From: a virus
Virus record (IMG/VR): IMGVR_UViG_3300037485_001485
Span: 8,989-72,988 of that record
Reading direction: 5' to 3' (one strand)
DNA length: 64,000 nucleotides
The notes beneath the pieces are model-generated. The model saw only the letters and a program-made list of their open reading frames with translations. It made no database searches and was not told the DNA's origin. A program made the position numbers and the translations under genes. Below are positions 47,862-57,177 of the stretch, one piece after another. The stretch's first letter is position 1, and each line of letters opens with the position of its first letter.

Positions 47862-48416
47862 ATGCCCACCGCTCGCCGCCGCAACCCCGCAAAGCGCCTC
47901 ACCCCCGCCGGTTTCCGGACCTACTTCGCCTACGACCCCGAAGAAGGCCCGAAAAGCGCAGCGCGTACTGCGGCTGAGCGCGCCGTGAGTCACTGGTGGG
48001 CTGCGCGGGATGCCTCGGCCCTCGGGCGAGGAGAATACCTGTTTCGGGGCATCGACGCCGAGAACGCCATCCTGGCCGGCGGGTCGGCGCCGTGGGTCAA
48101 GCAGATGGGGAATATCCTGAGCGACATTCGCGAGGCCCGAAAGGGCGTTGTCCGCGAGGCTCACGATGAACTTTCGTGGACCGTGGGGAAGGTAGAAAAG
48201 CTGTTCGCGCAGCCGAAGCAGGTGTTTGAGTCCGCGAAGAGCGAGATTGGGAGCGTCTTGGACAACTACCTTGCGTTGGCTCCGTTCGGGGCCAAGGAGA
48301 GCGATCCGACCGTGGCGCGCTCCGCGCAGCTACTCACGATGCTTGAAGCCGCCCTCGCTTCGGCTGCGAAGTCGAACCCCCGTCGCCGTCGCGCCCTCGC
48401 TCGCCGTCGTCGCTAA
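47862..48416 (+). CDS. helical protein tagged at both ends (RRRNP / KSNPRRRR)
   Basis: MPTARRRNPAK...AKSNPRRRRALARRRR; GGAGCCCTC leader. Confidence 0.75.
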   Translation: MPTARRRNPAKRLTPAGFRTYFAYDPEEGPKSAARTAAERAVSHWWAARDASALGRGEYLFRGIDAENAILAGGSAPWVKQMGNILSDIREARKGVVREAHDELSWTVGKVEKLFAQPKQVFESAKSEIGSVLDNYLALAPFGAKESDPTVARSAQLLTMLEAALASAAKSNPRRRRALARRRR

Positions 48417-48438
48417 CCGCTCACCCATCGGAGCCCTC

Positions 48439-48996
48439 ATGCCCCCGAAGAAGTTTTGGTACGTCGGCGCGATGCCCGCCGCGAACGGTCGCGTCCACCC
48501 CGACGTCTTTCAGTCGGTCCAGCACCTCGCCGAAGGGAAGCCCTACGGGGGCTACGTCGCGGTCTTCGGGCCGTACTCCTCCAAGGCCGAAGCCAACGTC
48601 GCCGCCGCCGCTTCGGCCGCGAAGTCGAACCCCCGCCGCCGCCGCAACCCCATTGATCTGGGCGGGATCAACTTGGATAGCGATACCTACGTTGACGACT
48701 TCTCGGGAGAGGAAGTCGAGACGGTGGACGCGCTTTTTGACCGCATTCAGGACGCCCTCCGGGCTGTTCGCGGCTTGAAGATCGTTTCGGGCAGCGGCTC
48801 CCTCTCCGACGCATACAATGAGGTGGATGTCACTTTCGAGGTACGCTATTCGGGTGCGCTTGCCTTCGACGCTCTGGAAGCCGCCATCGTTGCCGCGTTG
48901 GCCTTGCCGAAGGGGGACACGGTTGCTGTCGAGGAAGATCCGCTGGGCGACGGGTTCGTAGTCACTCTCCGTCTGAGCAAGCGCACCTACCGCTAA
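48439..48996 (+). CDS. two-domain protein joined by KSNPRRRRNP
   Basis: GPYSSKAEA module, linker, acidic ferredoxin-like-pattern domain; same GGAGCCCTC leader. Confidence 0.7.
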   Translation: MPPKKFWYVGAMPAANGRVHPDVFQSVQHLAEGKPYGGYVAVFGPYSSKAEANVAAAASAAKSNPRRRRNPIDLGGINLDSDTYVDDFSGEEVETVDALFDRIQDALRAVRGLKIVSGSGSLSDAYNEVDVTFEVRYSGALAFDALEAAIVAALALPKGDTVAVEEDPLGDGFVVTLRLSKRTYR

Positions 48997-49685
48997 CGGC
49001 GGCGACGGCGTCGAGGGTTCGCCTTCGGCGTGACGACGGCCAGCGTCCTCTTCCCGCCGCCGAGCGCGAACAGGAGGACGGCGCCGACGCCCACCGTGGC
49101 GAGGGCGGCGATCCACCAGTTCCGCCGGAGCGTCGCAGCCCCGCGCTTCGCCGCTCGCTTGCCCGCCGACACGGCGCGACCTCCGACGGCGACGACTTCG
49201 CCCGCCGCCGCGCGAGCGATGTCGGCGAGTTCGACGGTGAGCAACGGTTCGGGGTCAACGGGCGACGACCCCTTCGCGTAGGGCTTCCCTTTCCAGATTT
49301 CAAGGTGAAGGTGCGGTCCCGTCGTGCGACCAGCGCCGGGGATGCCGACGCCGCCACCCGAAACGCCGACCTTCCCGCCGACGGGGAGCACCGTGCCGGG
49401 GGTCACGTCGATCCGCGAGAGGTGCAGGTAGCGCGACCAGTAGCCGGTGCCGTGATCGACCTCGACGTAGTGCCCGGCGACCGGATGGTCGCGGACGACG
49501 GTGCCTACCTGCCCGGCGGCGATGAGCGTGACCGGCGTACCCACTTCCGTCGGCATGTCGAGGCCGCCGTGGTTCTGCGCCTTGCCGGTCACGGGGTTCG
49601 TTCTCGGCCCGAACCGCGACGAGAGGTAGCGGGCGCGGAGCGCGCCGTGGATCATCGTCATCGGGGGCAGGGGCCAAGCGAACAT
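48993..49685 (-). CDS. M23-family peptidoglycan endopeptidase with TM anchor and KANPRRRRR tail
   Basis: SSRFGPR...HGGLD (HxxxD), YLHLS, TGPHLHLE (HxH), VDPEPLL. Confidence 0.9.
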   Translation of the reverse strand: MFAWPLPPMTMIHGALRARYLSSRFGPRTNPVTGKAQNHGGLDMPTEVGTPVTLIAAGQVGTVVRDHPVAGHYVEVDHGTGYWSRYLHLSRIDVTPGTVLPVGGKVGVSGGGVGIPGAGRTTGPHLHLEIWKGKPYAKGSSPVDPEPLLTVELADIARAAAGEVVAVGGRAVSAGKRAAKRGAATLRRNWWIAALATVGVGAVLLFALGGGKRTLAVVTPKANPRRRRRR

Positions 49686-50437
49686 TAGCGACTCCGTCGG
49701 GGATTCGACTTCGGGGGAGAGTAGACGACGAACCCTGCCGAGGGGAAGGTCTGCGCGAGGCGTGCCCACACGGCGAGCGCGTCGTTGCTGGTGATCGGGG
49801 TGCCGGTGCCGTAGAACTCCGGGGCCAGCGCAAACCCATCCTTCGCGATCCGGTCAATCATGGCGTAGTAGAGGGCCGATCCCAGCCCCTTGCCCTTCAT
49901 CTTCGGAAGGACGGCGGCGTTGCCGATGACCATCGCCCCCTTCAACGAAGGGTAGTACGCCATCATCGCCTCTAAGTTGGCCGCGCCCGTAGCATCGCGC
50001 ATCCGGTAGCCCCCGTCTACCCAGCCCCCCGCGCCGACGCGACCGAGCAGCGCGGACTTCTCCCCAACGTGCCCCGGCTTGTAGGCTGCGGCATCGTAGG
50101 AGACAAAGTAGCGAGGCACGACTGCGGTTTTGCTTCCGGGGACGGGCTCCCACATCCGCGACTGATTCCGATTGACGACAATCTCCGTGTCCACCTTCGG
50201 GGTGACGCGCAAAAGCGTCGGGTGAGGGTGGACCTTCGGCCCCACGTCAAGGTCGTCCAGTTCGTCCACGATGGCCGTAGCGATAGCCTGTGCGACGGGG
50301 CCAAAGCCCTCCCTTTTCGACCCCTGCAACGCCGCGTTCAGCGTCAGGACGCTGGACTGCGAACCCTTCGCGCGCACGACGGCACGCGCGGCCTGCGTGA
50401 CGGCCGAGATCACTTCGTTGCGGGTCATGGTGGCCAT
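49685..50437 (-). CDS. protein with C-terminal GNAT-like acetyltransferase domain and KSNPRR tail
   Basis: VLPKMKGKGLGSALY (acetyl-CoA motif A)...SNDALAVWARL. Confidence 0.65.
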   Translation of the reverse strand: MATMTRNEVISAVTQAARAVVRAKGSQSSVLTLNAALQGSKREGFGPVAQAIATAIVDELDDLDVGPKVHPHPTLLRVTPKVDTEIVVNRNQSRMWEPVPGSKTAVVPRYFVSYDAAAYKPGHVGEKSALLGRVGAGGWVDGGYRMRDATGAANLEAMMAYYPSLKGAMVIGNAAVLPKMKGKGLGSALYYAMIDRIAKDGFALAPEFYGTGTPITSNDALAVWARLAQTFPSAGFVVYSPPKSNPRRSR

Positions 50438-51084
50438 CAGCGACTCCGACGAGAGCGACGGTAGCGGGGATTCGACTTCGGGGGAGCGGGGAGCGTCGGG
50501 ACGCGCTTCGTCGCGAGCAACGGAAGCAGGACGACGCCGAGGGCGACGGCGACGACGCCGCCGACGATCAGCCACCAGTTCTTCGACTTCTGCTTCACGA
50601 CGGGGCGCTTCGTCTTCGGCGCTTCCGGCGGCGCCGGGGTCAGAGACGAGATCGACGGGCCGCCGGGGAGGGTAGAGATGGGGTTGACGACGACGCGCCC
50701 GCGCTCGTACATCGCCAGCACTCGGACGATCAGATCGCCCGTGCCCCACGACGACGCAAGGATCGTAGCCGCGACTTCACGCGGAGGCGTGTCGGCCTGG
50801 AGGAGCGCCACGATGGGCGCGTAGCGCGACATCGTCAGCGTTTGCACCGTCGCGTCCACGCCGTCCTGCGGGGTCAGGTAGTTCTGGACCCCAGCGGTGT
50901 TCTTCCCGTAAAGGGTACTGCCCGGCTTCTTCCACGTCGTGTTGAACGGGTTGTAGGTCGCCTTCCCGCCCTCCGTCTGCCGCCATGCGTAGATGAGGGC
51001 GAGCGTGTTCCCGGTGACGGGCGCCCGAACGCCGCGAAGCACGGCTTCGTAGAACGGGGTGTCGGGCAAGCGGGGCAGTTCCAC
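50437..51084 (-). CDS. lysozyme-like (muramidase-type) protein with TM anchor and KSNPR tail
   Basis: AWRQTEGG...YNPFNTT...GVQNY...DGVDATVQTL...Y..I...L...SSWG; TM NWWLIVGGVVAVALGVVLL. Confidence 0.7.
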   Translation of the reverse strand: MELPRLPDTPFYEAVLRGVRAPVTGNTLALIYAWRQTEGGKATYNPFNTTWKKPGSTLYGKNTAGVQNYLTPQDGVDATVQTLTMSRYAPIVALLQADTPPREVAATILASSWGTGDLIVRVLAMYERGRVVVNPISTLPGGPSISSLTPAPPEAPKTKRPVVKQKSKNWWLIVGGVVAVALGVVLLPLLATKRVPTLPAPPKSNPRYRRSRRSR

Positions 51085-51091
51085 GGGATCC

Positions 51092-51310
51092 TCAGAGGGC
51101 GAAGTGAACGGGGCGGCGCGAGCGGCGGGTCGTCTGCGGAGAGACAGCGGACGCCTGTGCGAGCGCCGCCACGATGGCGTTCGCGCCGAGGAGGGCAGCG
51201 ATCAGCGTCGTGCCCGCAAGGGCGATCTTCCAAGCCGGGGGTCGGCTTACGTCGTCGGGTGCGCCGAAGCGCCCGTGCGTCGGCATCGGATAATCGAGGT
51301 TGCGCGGCAT
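51092..51310 (-). CDS. small membrane protein
   Basis: 72 aa, one TM, basic tail. Confidence 0.55.
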   Translation of the reverse strand: MPRNLDYPMPTHGRFGAPDDVSRPPAWKIALAGTTLIAALLGANAIVAALAQASAVSPQTTRRSRRPVHFAL

Positions 51311-51319
51311 CGTAGATCC

Positions 51320-52645
51320 TTAGTAGAGGTCAAGCTGGACGGCGATGTCGGCGGCGCCGGCTGCACTCCGGTCGGCACGAAGCGCGATGTACTCGCCCGC
51401 GTTGATTGTCACGGCGGAGGTGAGGTTGATCCCCGTCGTCGCGAGGTCGCTCACGGTGATCGTCATGGGGGTGGCTACGCCCGACCCCCCTAAGCCCGTC
51501 GCAGATCGGTAGACTGTGAACACGACGTTGCGCCCAGCGCCGGGAGCCACGCGCATGTTGACCGACATGCCTTGGATCAAAACAATACGGTCAAACCGGA
51601 AGAAAACCTCCGTGCTGTCACCCCCTGTCGCCAACACTCCCGGCCACAAGTAGCGAGGGGCTGCTTGCAAGGTCGCGTTGATAGCGTAGGCAAGGATGGC
51701 GGGTGTCGTTGTCAAAGCAAACGGGGTGCCCCCCGTCGTCCGGTGAATGAGGTCGGTGCCGGGGCCAATGGAGATACCGTAGGTGTCTCGTGCTACGGGG
51801 AGCGTCTGTAGAACGTCGCTGCCCGTGTACCCGCCCGCCGTCGAGGGGCCGCTGATTGAGCAGGAACGGAAGGCCGCCTGTGCCAGATTGTCGTTCGTCT
51901 CCGCGCTGACGTAGCTACCCGTGGAGAGCGGGTCGGTCGGGGCCGCGACGTAGAAGTTGGTGTCCCGGAGGCTCAGCGTGTTCGCGCCGTTGACGAGGAT
52001 CGCCCGTTTGTTTCCGCCCCCGTTGCTGGAGACGTTGACCGTGCAGCCCCGCGTGAAGTTGAGCGCGAAGTCGGTGGGGTTGAGCGCGGACGCGCCGGGG
52101 GAGAGGATGCCGTAGACGTTGGTAGTCGAGCCCGTCGCGACGCCCGCGTTGTTGACATTGAGCACCATCGTCCGCAGCTTCGCGGTGTCGCTTGTCGCCA
52201 CCGGAAGCGTCACGCCGACGAGGTTCGTCGTCGCGTTCGTGCTCGACAACGTGAGCGTGAGGTCTTCCAGCCGCGTGTTGTCGTTCATCGTGAGCAACGT
52301 GGCCGTCCCACCGGGGACGCTCGCCGCCCAGGTGATCCGTGTCGTCTGCGTGTTCAGGCCGCGCATCGCGCACGTCGCGGGGATCGTGATCCCGGCGGTC
52401 AGGTTGTACGTCCCCGGCAAGATCCAGCACGTCACCCCGCCCGCCGGGAGGACGAGCCCCGCCATGTAGGTCATCGCCGCGTTGACCGTCGCGAACGGCA
52501 GACCGTTGACAGCCCCGGTCGAGTCGTTGCCGTTGATCTGATCGACCACGATGGTGTTGCCCATGCGCGGCGAGGCCGCCGTGCCCGGAGGGAGCACACC
52601 CGACGTGTCGAAGGAGTAGCCGCTGAACGGGGGCCGGGTGCTCAT
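51320..52645 (-). CDS. beta-helix spike/receptor-binding protein
   Basis: VDQINGNDSTG...PFATVNAA...ILPGTY beta-helix cap; N/T/G-rich coils; C-terminal beta-sandwich. Confidence 0.75.
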   Translation of the reverse strand: MSTRPPFSGYSFDTSGVLPPGTAASPRMGNTIVVDQINGNDSTGAVNGLPFATVNAAMTYMAGLVLPAGGVTCWILPGTYNLTAGITIPATCAMRGLNTQTTRITWAASVPGGTATLLTMNDNTRLEDLTLTLSSTNATTNLVGVTLPVATSDTAKLRTMVLNVNNAGVATGSTTNVYGILSPGASALNPTDFALNFTRGCTVNVSSNGGGNKRAILVNGANTLSLRDTNFYVAAPTDPLSTGSYVSAETNDNLAQAAFRSCSISGPSTAGGYTGSDVLQTLPVARDTYGISIGPGTDLIHRTTGGTPFALTTTPAILAYAINATLQAAPRYLWPGVLATGGDSTEVFFRFDRIVLIQGMSVNMRVAPGAGRNVVFTVYRSATGLGGSGVATPMTITVSDLATTGINLTSAVTINAGEYIALRADRSAAGAADIAVQLDLY

Positions 52646-52651
52646 GGGCTC

Positions 52652-53338
52652 CTACGCGAAGCGGTGGCGGGGGTTCGACTTCGCGGCATGTTTCAGCTTC
52701 AGCCAGAGCCCATAGCCGGCGTCGAGGACGGCAAGGTCACGCTCGCGGCCTCGCTTGTTCGTGCTCAGGCTCAGCAGTTCCTTCGCCTCGTCGTAGGTGA
52801 CGAAGGCGATCTGCGCCGTCTCGTTGTCGAGTACGCCCGTGTTCTCGATGACGCGCATGAGGAAGTAGCGGTTGAGCGCCGACGTAGACTTCCACTCGCC
52901 GGGGATGCGCTCTACGATCTCCGCGCGAACGCCCGTCTCCTCTTCGACTTCGCGCAGCGCGCCTTGCTCCAACGTCTCGCCTTTGTCCACGCCGCCCTTC
53001 GGGAGCGACCAGACGTAGCCGTCGAAGTGGTTGAGGGGTTCGCGGACAAGGATCAACCCGTCGTCGTTGATGACGACGCCGCCAGCGGCGATGCGCGGCG
53101 GCGGGGCGACGTAGGGCAGCTTTCCGGGGGGCGGGCTGAACGAGGACGCCGAGGGCTTCGCCCCTTCGGGGCGATAGCGCACGCCGCCGATCTCGACGCG
53201 CTGAACGACGACGTCGGCGTCTTCGCTCAGACGGATCTTGATCGTGCGGGCGTCGGACTGCGCCGCCTGCTGCGACGAGTACGGCCCCATCTCGCCGTGA
53301 GACTTCCCGTTCTTCCGGATGACGATCTTGTAGGCCAC
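52652..53338 (-). CDS. Nudix hydrolase with N-terminal RKNG/GPY module and KSNPRHR tail
   Basis: WSLPKGGVDKGETLEQGALREVEEETGV; GTG start with AGGAG RBS. Confidence 0.9.
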   Translation of the reverse strand: MAYKIVIRKNGKSHGEMGPYSSQQAAQSDARTIKIRLSEDADVVVQRVEIGGVRYRPEGAKPSASSFSPPPGKLPYVAPPPRIAAGGVVINDDGLILVREPLNHFDGYVWSLPKGGVDKGETLEQGALREVEEETGVRAEIVERIPGEWKSTSALNRYFLMRVIENTGVLDNETAQIAFVTYDEAKELLSLSTNKRGRERDLAVLDAGYGLWLKLKHAAKSNPRHRFA

Positions 53339-53346
53339 GCCGTCTC

Positions 53347-54852
53347 CTACTTGTCGAAGTTCTTGATGAACCACGGCACGAAGACGCCGGGAGGCACGGT
53401 GCGGATGTCGAGGCTGTAGGACACCGTGTGCCCGTCGCCCGCATCGTGACGCTGGCCCTTGCCGACGGTCGTGTAGTAGACGGCCTGGGGCTTGAACCAC
53501 GCGCGAGTCCGACCGTCGGGCGAGGTCGCGTGAAGTACGAGCAACGTGGGGCTGCTCAGCTTCCAGCCGGCGGCGCCGAACTCATTGAAGATCCGCTTCC
53601 GCGCCACGGCGAACGTCTCGGTCTTCGCCGCGCCGTTGCGGCGGTTGCGCGTGAACGAGCGCCCATAGAGCCGCTTCACGTCGTCTTCGTACTGCATCAC
53701 GTCCTTCGCCGGGGTCGTGGCAATCGCACGGCCGCCTTCGGTTTCGCGGAGGCCGTCCACCACGGCCTGCGCGCCTTTGAGCGTCGGGGCGTTGAAGGCA
53801 ACGGAGAGGCCCGATTCGTGGAGCACCGTCCACCGCCCCCCTGCCTTCGGGACGAGCGGGCCGCCCTCATCGAAGGACTTGAACGTGTATTCTTGGACGA
53901 GGTAGTAGCCTCGGTAGGCGTACCCTGGCTGCTCGCGAAACCCGTCGTGCATCTTTCGCTTGACGATGACGCGCTTCGGGGTCGTGGAGTAGAAGGCGAT
54001 CTGGCCGAACTGCACGGTGTCGTCCATGCCGACGAGCTTGGCCTTGCCGTTGCGCCGGGGGTTCGCCTTCGCGAGAATGTCAGCGAGGGCGCCGTGACGA
54101 GGGCCGCGTCCCTTCCCGTGGCGAATGTTCGCCGATTGGAAAATCATCCCGCGAGTCACCGGGGACGGCAGACCGGGGGCAGCGCGAATGACGAGCGCAC
54201 GGCGGCGCACGCCGTTGTCGCTCATCGTCACTACCGTCCCTTCCGCAAGGCCCGAAGTGGAGAGAAGCCACGTCGAGTGCGTCGCACGCTCCTCAAGGTA
54301 GGGCTTCCACGCATGGGCCGCCGTCATGCTGCCGGCGTTGCGCCGGGGGTTCGCCTTCGCCTTCGTGAGCACGCCTTCGGAGTCGGCGGTCCAGCCGTAG
54401 CCGCCCTCTTCCTCCGACCATCCGGGGAGGTAGTAGTCCCAGCCATTCTGACCGTACTTCCGCTTGCGGCTGAACGCCGTGCCCTTGGGGAAACGCTGCC
54501 CCTCGATGGTGATGTCGTGCGTAGCGACGATCTGCTTCGACCCGTTCCGCACGAGGCCGGAGCGGTGGACGAGCGAGCGGGACGCCGCGATGTTCGCCGC
54601 CGTCGTGCCGTTGCGGCGGGGGTTGCGCTGGCTATGCCCCTCGCGCTCCCAGACCGGCGGTTCCTTGGGCTTGCTCTTCGGGTTCGCCTTCACGCCGTCG
54701 CAGCCGCAGCCGGTGCCGTTGCACCGGGCCACCGACACGTCGGCCCCGGCGTCCCGCATCTTCGCGACCATGCCGGCAGCGACGGCTTCCGACGTGTAGT
54801 GCGACTCGCCGTGCGTTGCGCCGTTCTTGCGTACTGTGACCTTGAAGCCCAT
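53347..54852 (-). CDS. polyprotein-like string of small domains separated by (KA)NPRRN(G/A) linkers
   Basis: Eight NP/NG motif clusters; identical 24-nt linker DNA at 54049-54072 and 54337-54360. Confidence 0.75.
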   Translation of the reverse strand: MGFKVTVRKNGATHGESHYTSEAVAAGMVAKMRDAGADVSVARCNGTGCGCDGVKANPKSKPKEPPVWEREGHSQRNPRRNGTTAANIAASRSLVHRSGLVRNGSKQIVATHDITIEGQRFPKGTAFSRKRKYGQNGWDYYLPGWSEEEGGYGWTADSEGVLTKAKANPRRNAGSMTAAHAWKPYLEERATHSTWLLSTSGLAEGTVVTMSDNGVRRRALVIRAAPGLPSPVTRGMIFQSANIRHGKGRGPRHGALADILAKANPRRNGKAKLVGMDDTVQFGQIAFYSTTPKRVIVKRKMHDGFREQPGYAYRGYYLVQEYTFKSFDEGGPLVPKAGGRWTVLHESGLSVAFNAPTLKGAQAVVDGLRETEGGRAIATTPAKDVMQYEDDVKRLYGRSFTRNRRNGAAKTETFAVARKRIFNEFGAAGWKLSSPTLLVLHATSPDGRTRAWFKPQAVYYTTVGKGQRHDAGDGHTVSYSLDIRTVPPGVFVPWFIKNFDK

Positions 54853-54935
54853 GACGTGCCCTCGCGCGGGAGAGCGTAGCGGGCCGGAGGGCCATCGGGG
54901 AGAGAGGGGACATTGCGCGAAGGCCATCGAATCCC

Positions 54936-54963
54936 TTGACGGCTGGCAATAGGGGGCTATGAT
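54936..54963 (+). promoter_or_regulatory. sigma70-like promoter with palindromic operator on the -35 box
   Basis: TTGACGGCTGGCAA...TATGAT; representative of at least 12 copies. Confidence 0.75.
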
Positions 54964-54985
54964 GTAGGGGCACCAAGGAGATCCG

Positions 54986-55348
54986 ATGCTGACCGACGCA
55001 ATCCGCCCCCTGACCCCCGCCAACTACAACGTCGTCACCGCCGCCCGCGTGACCCTGCTGATCAACGGCGTCCTTCTGCGCCCCACCGCCGAGCACCGGG
55101 GACATCCGGCGTGGCGCGACTCCTCCGACGGGCGCATCCTCACGACCAGCGCGCTGGACGAGCTTATGGACGGCGAGGTTCAGGTGTCCTACCTCGCGCC
55201 CCTGACGGGCGATCTCTTCGACGTCGCGACCGATGCGTGGATCCGCCCGGCGACGGTGGAAGAGCTGGCTGAATCCCTGGAGGCCAGCGCCTTCGACGGC
55301 GGCGTCGGGGTGATCTCCGTCGATGGGGTGGACTGCTACGCGATGTGA
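54986..55348 (+). CDS. hypothetical early protein
   Basis: AAGGAG RBS, own promoter and terminator. Confidence 0.7.
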   Translation: MLTDAIRPLTPANYNVVTAARVTLLINGVLLRPTAEHRGHPAWRDSSDGRILTTSALDELMDGEVQVSYLAPLTGDLFDVATDAWIRPATVEELAESLEASAFDGGVGVISVDGVDCYAM

Positions 55349-55369
55349 CGCGCCCGGCGCGAACAACGG

Positions 55370-55400
55370 CGGGGGCTGGCGCGAGCCGGCCCCCGTTTTT
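55370..55400 (+). terminator. rho-independent terminator
   Basis: CGGGGGCTGGC-GCGA-GCCGGCCCCCG-TTTTT. Confidence 0.8.
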
Positions 55401-55426
55401 GCGTGGAGAGCCCCCGTGGCGCAGAC

Positions 55427-55455
55427 TTGACGGCTGGCAAACAGGGTACTATGCT
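55427..55455 (+). promoter_or_regulatory. sigma70-like promoter/operator
   Basis: TTGACG-17 bp-TATGCT, containing TTGACGGCTGGCAA. Confidence 0.75.
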
Positions 55456-55476
55456 AACGCCGCACTCGGAGCCGGA

Positions 55477-55842
55477 ATGACCCCCGAAGAACTGGCCGCC
55501 GCGATCACGTCGAACCTGCGAGCCGACCTTCACCTCGCGACGCTGGAAGACGCGGACGCCGTCGAAGTCGTTCTGTCTTACGACGGCGTCGTGTTCTGCC
55601 GCGCCAAGGCGTCGCTCCCCGAGCCCGTCGCCGCCGTGCCCCCGGCATCGTGCCCGCACCCGCATTCCACCGTGGACGCCGTCCGCATGGCCCTGCTGAG
55701 CGTCGTCGCCGAGTTCCGTCGCGCGGCGAAGGCGGCCGACGCACGGGGCTATGCCCGCCGAGCCGACGCCTTCTACGACGCCGCCGCCTACATCGAGGAC
55801 GGCAAGTGGCCGATCTCACGCAACGCTAAGGAAACACTATGA
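55477..55842 (+). CDS. hypothetical early protein
   Basis: MTPEELAA start downstream of the promoter; GGAG RBS. Confidence 0.65.
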   Translation: MTPEELAAAITSNLRADLHLATLEDADAVEVVLSYDGVVFCRAKASLPEPVAAVPPASCPHPHSTVDAVRMALLSVVAEFRRAAKAADARGYARRADAFYDAAAYIEDGKWPISRNAKETL

Positions 55843-56195
55843 CCTCCGACACTGACGATCTCACGCCCGCCGAACGCCTGCGCGGCGTCGCCGCCCTCGT
55901 TCGCGATCAACTGACGAACCTCCAGGCTCAGAGCGGGCTGATCGGGGCGGAAGCCCCTCCGTTCCAGTTCCTCATCGCCGTGCAGACGGACCAAGGGATG
56001 GGCGTACTGCTCGCGCTTCCCGGTGCCGACTTCCTCGCGGACATCGAAGCCGTCTCGGCCCTCACGGTGCCGGTGGTGAGCGGGATCAACGCGGCGTTGC
56101 TGGACGGCTGGGGCTGGGAGCCCGCCGTGAGTGTGGAGCGGGGGGCGTGGCCCGCGCTCGCCGAGCATGAAACTGAAGCCGGCGGCGACGAGTGA
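55839..56195 (+). CDS. hypothetical protein
   Basis: ATGA overlap. Confidence 0.65.
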   Translation: MTSDTDDLTPAERLRGVAALVRDQLTNLQAQSGLIGAEAPPFQFLIAVQTDQGMGVLLALPGADFLADIEAVSALTVPVVSGINAALLDGWGWEPAVSVERGAWPALAEHETEAGGDE

Positions 56196-56617
56196 TGTCG
56201 CGGAAGAGCAAGGGCGGGAAACAGGTGCGCGCGGTCGCCGCCGCGCTCACCACGATCATCCGGGGCCTGCACGACGACATGGAAGTGCTCGCCGCCGACA
56301 ACGCGCGGCTCCGCTGCCGCGTGTCCGCTCGCGCGGAGGCGCTGGCGCGGATCGAGGACGCCGCCCGGCGAGCCGGTTGGGCGGGGGAGAGCGACGACGA
56401 TCTGCCGCGCTTCCTGGCCGTCCTGGGCGCGGAGCGTCAGACCTACGCCGACGTGCGCGCCCTGTGCGCGGCTCAGGCAGCGGAGCTGGTAGCCATCGAC
56501 GCGGAGCTGCACCTCTCCGGCGCGGGATGCACGCGCTTTGAGGGGGACCGCGTCGTGGGGATCCGCGTCGCCGCCGTGAAGGCAGCGACCCCGCGAATCA
56601 ACTCCGATAGGGGCTGA
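56192..56617 (+). CDS. coiled-coil hypothetical protein
   Basis: Coupled to the upstream gene. Confidence 0.6.
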   Translation: MMSRKSKGGKQVRAVAAALTTIIRGLHDDMEVLAADNARLRCRVSARAEALARIEDAARRAGWAGESDDDLPRFLAVLGAERQTYADVRALCAAQAAELVAIDAELHLSGAGCTRFEGDRVVGIRVAAVKAATPRINSDRG

Positions 56618-57059
56618 AGGTCGCGCCGTCGCGGGTGACGAGCGCCTGCTGGCACGACGCCGCCGCCCGATAGGGGGCGCCGAGGCTCAGGTGGATCCAC
56701 GTCGGGGGGCCGTTGCGCCCCTCCAAGATGATCTGCCCGTACTTCAGGCCGCTCTCCTTCACGACCCACGCCATCACGTCTTCCAGCGTCGCGCCGGGGA
56801 CGTGGAAGTCGGCGGCTTCCCCGCGTAGGTGCTGGCTCGTCTTGCTCGCGCCGAACGTCGCGGCGTTCAGGCTGGGGCCACGGAACCCGGAGTGGACGAA
56901 CACGGGGCCGAACTTCATGCGGATCGGCTCCAACAGCGTGGCGCACAACGCCGTCAAGGCTCCCAGGTACGGCTTCACCTCCTCTCGGTTCTGCGCGAGG
57001 AGGGAGGTGCGGTTCGTGGTGGTCAGTTCGGCGAGGGTGAAGTGGGGGGACAAGGTCAC
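56598..57059 (-). CDS. peptidase M15A (Zn D-Ala-D-Ala carboxypeptidase-like) endolysin
   Basis: LSPHFTLAEL...LLEPIR...SGFR...N...GASKTSQHLRGEAADF...WIHLS. Confidence 0.9.
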   Translation of the reverse strand: MTLSPHFTLAELTTTNRTSLLAQNREEVKPYLGALTALCATLLEPIRMKFGPVFVHSGFRGPSLNAATFGASKTSQHLRGEAADFHVPGATLEDVMAWVVKESGLKYGQIILEGRNGPPTWIHLSLGAPYRAAASCQQALVTRDGATFSPYRS

Positions 57060-57177
57060 GGTGCTCCGGGGGAAGCCGCACCGATAGCGCAAGGCCCGCG
57101 CGCTGCCCACCGCCGAGGGCCACGCGCGTCGGCTCCGAGGCTCCCGCGACGATAGAGCCCCAAGGAACGAGGTCAGT

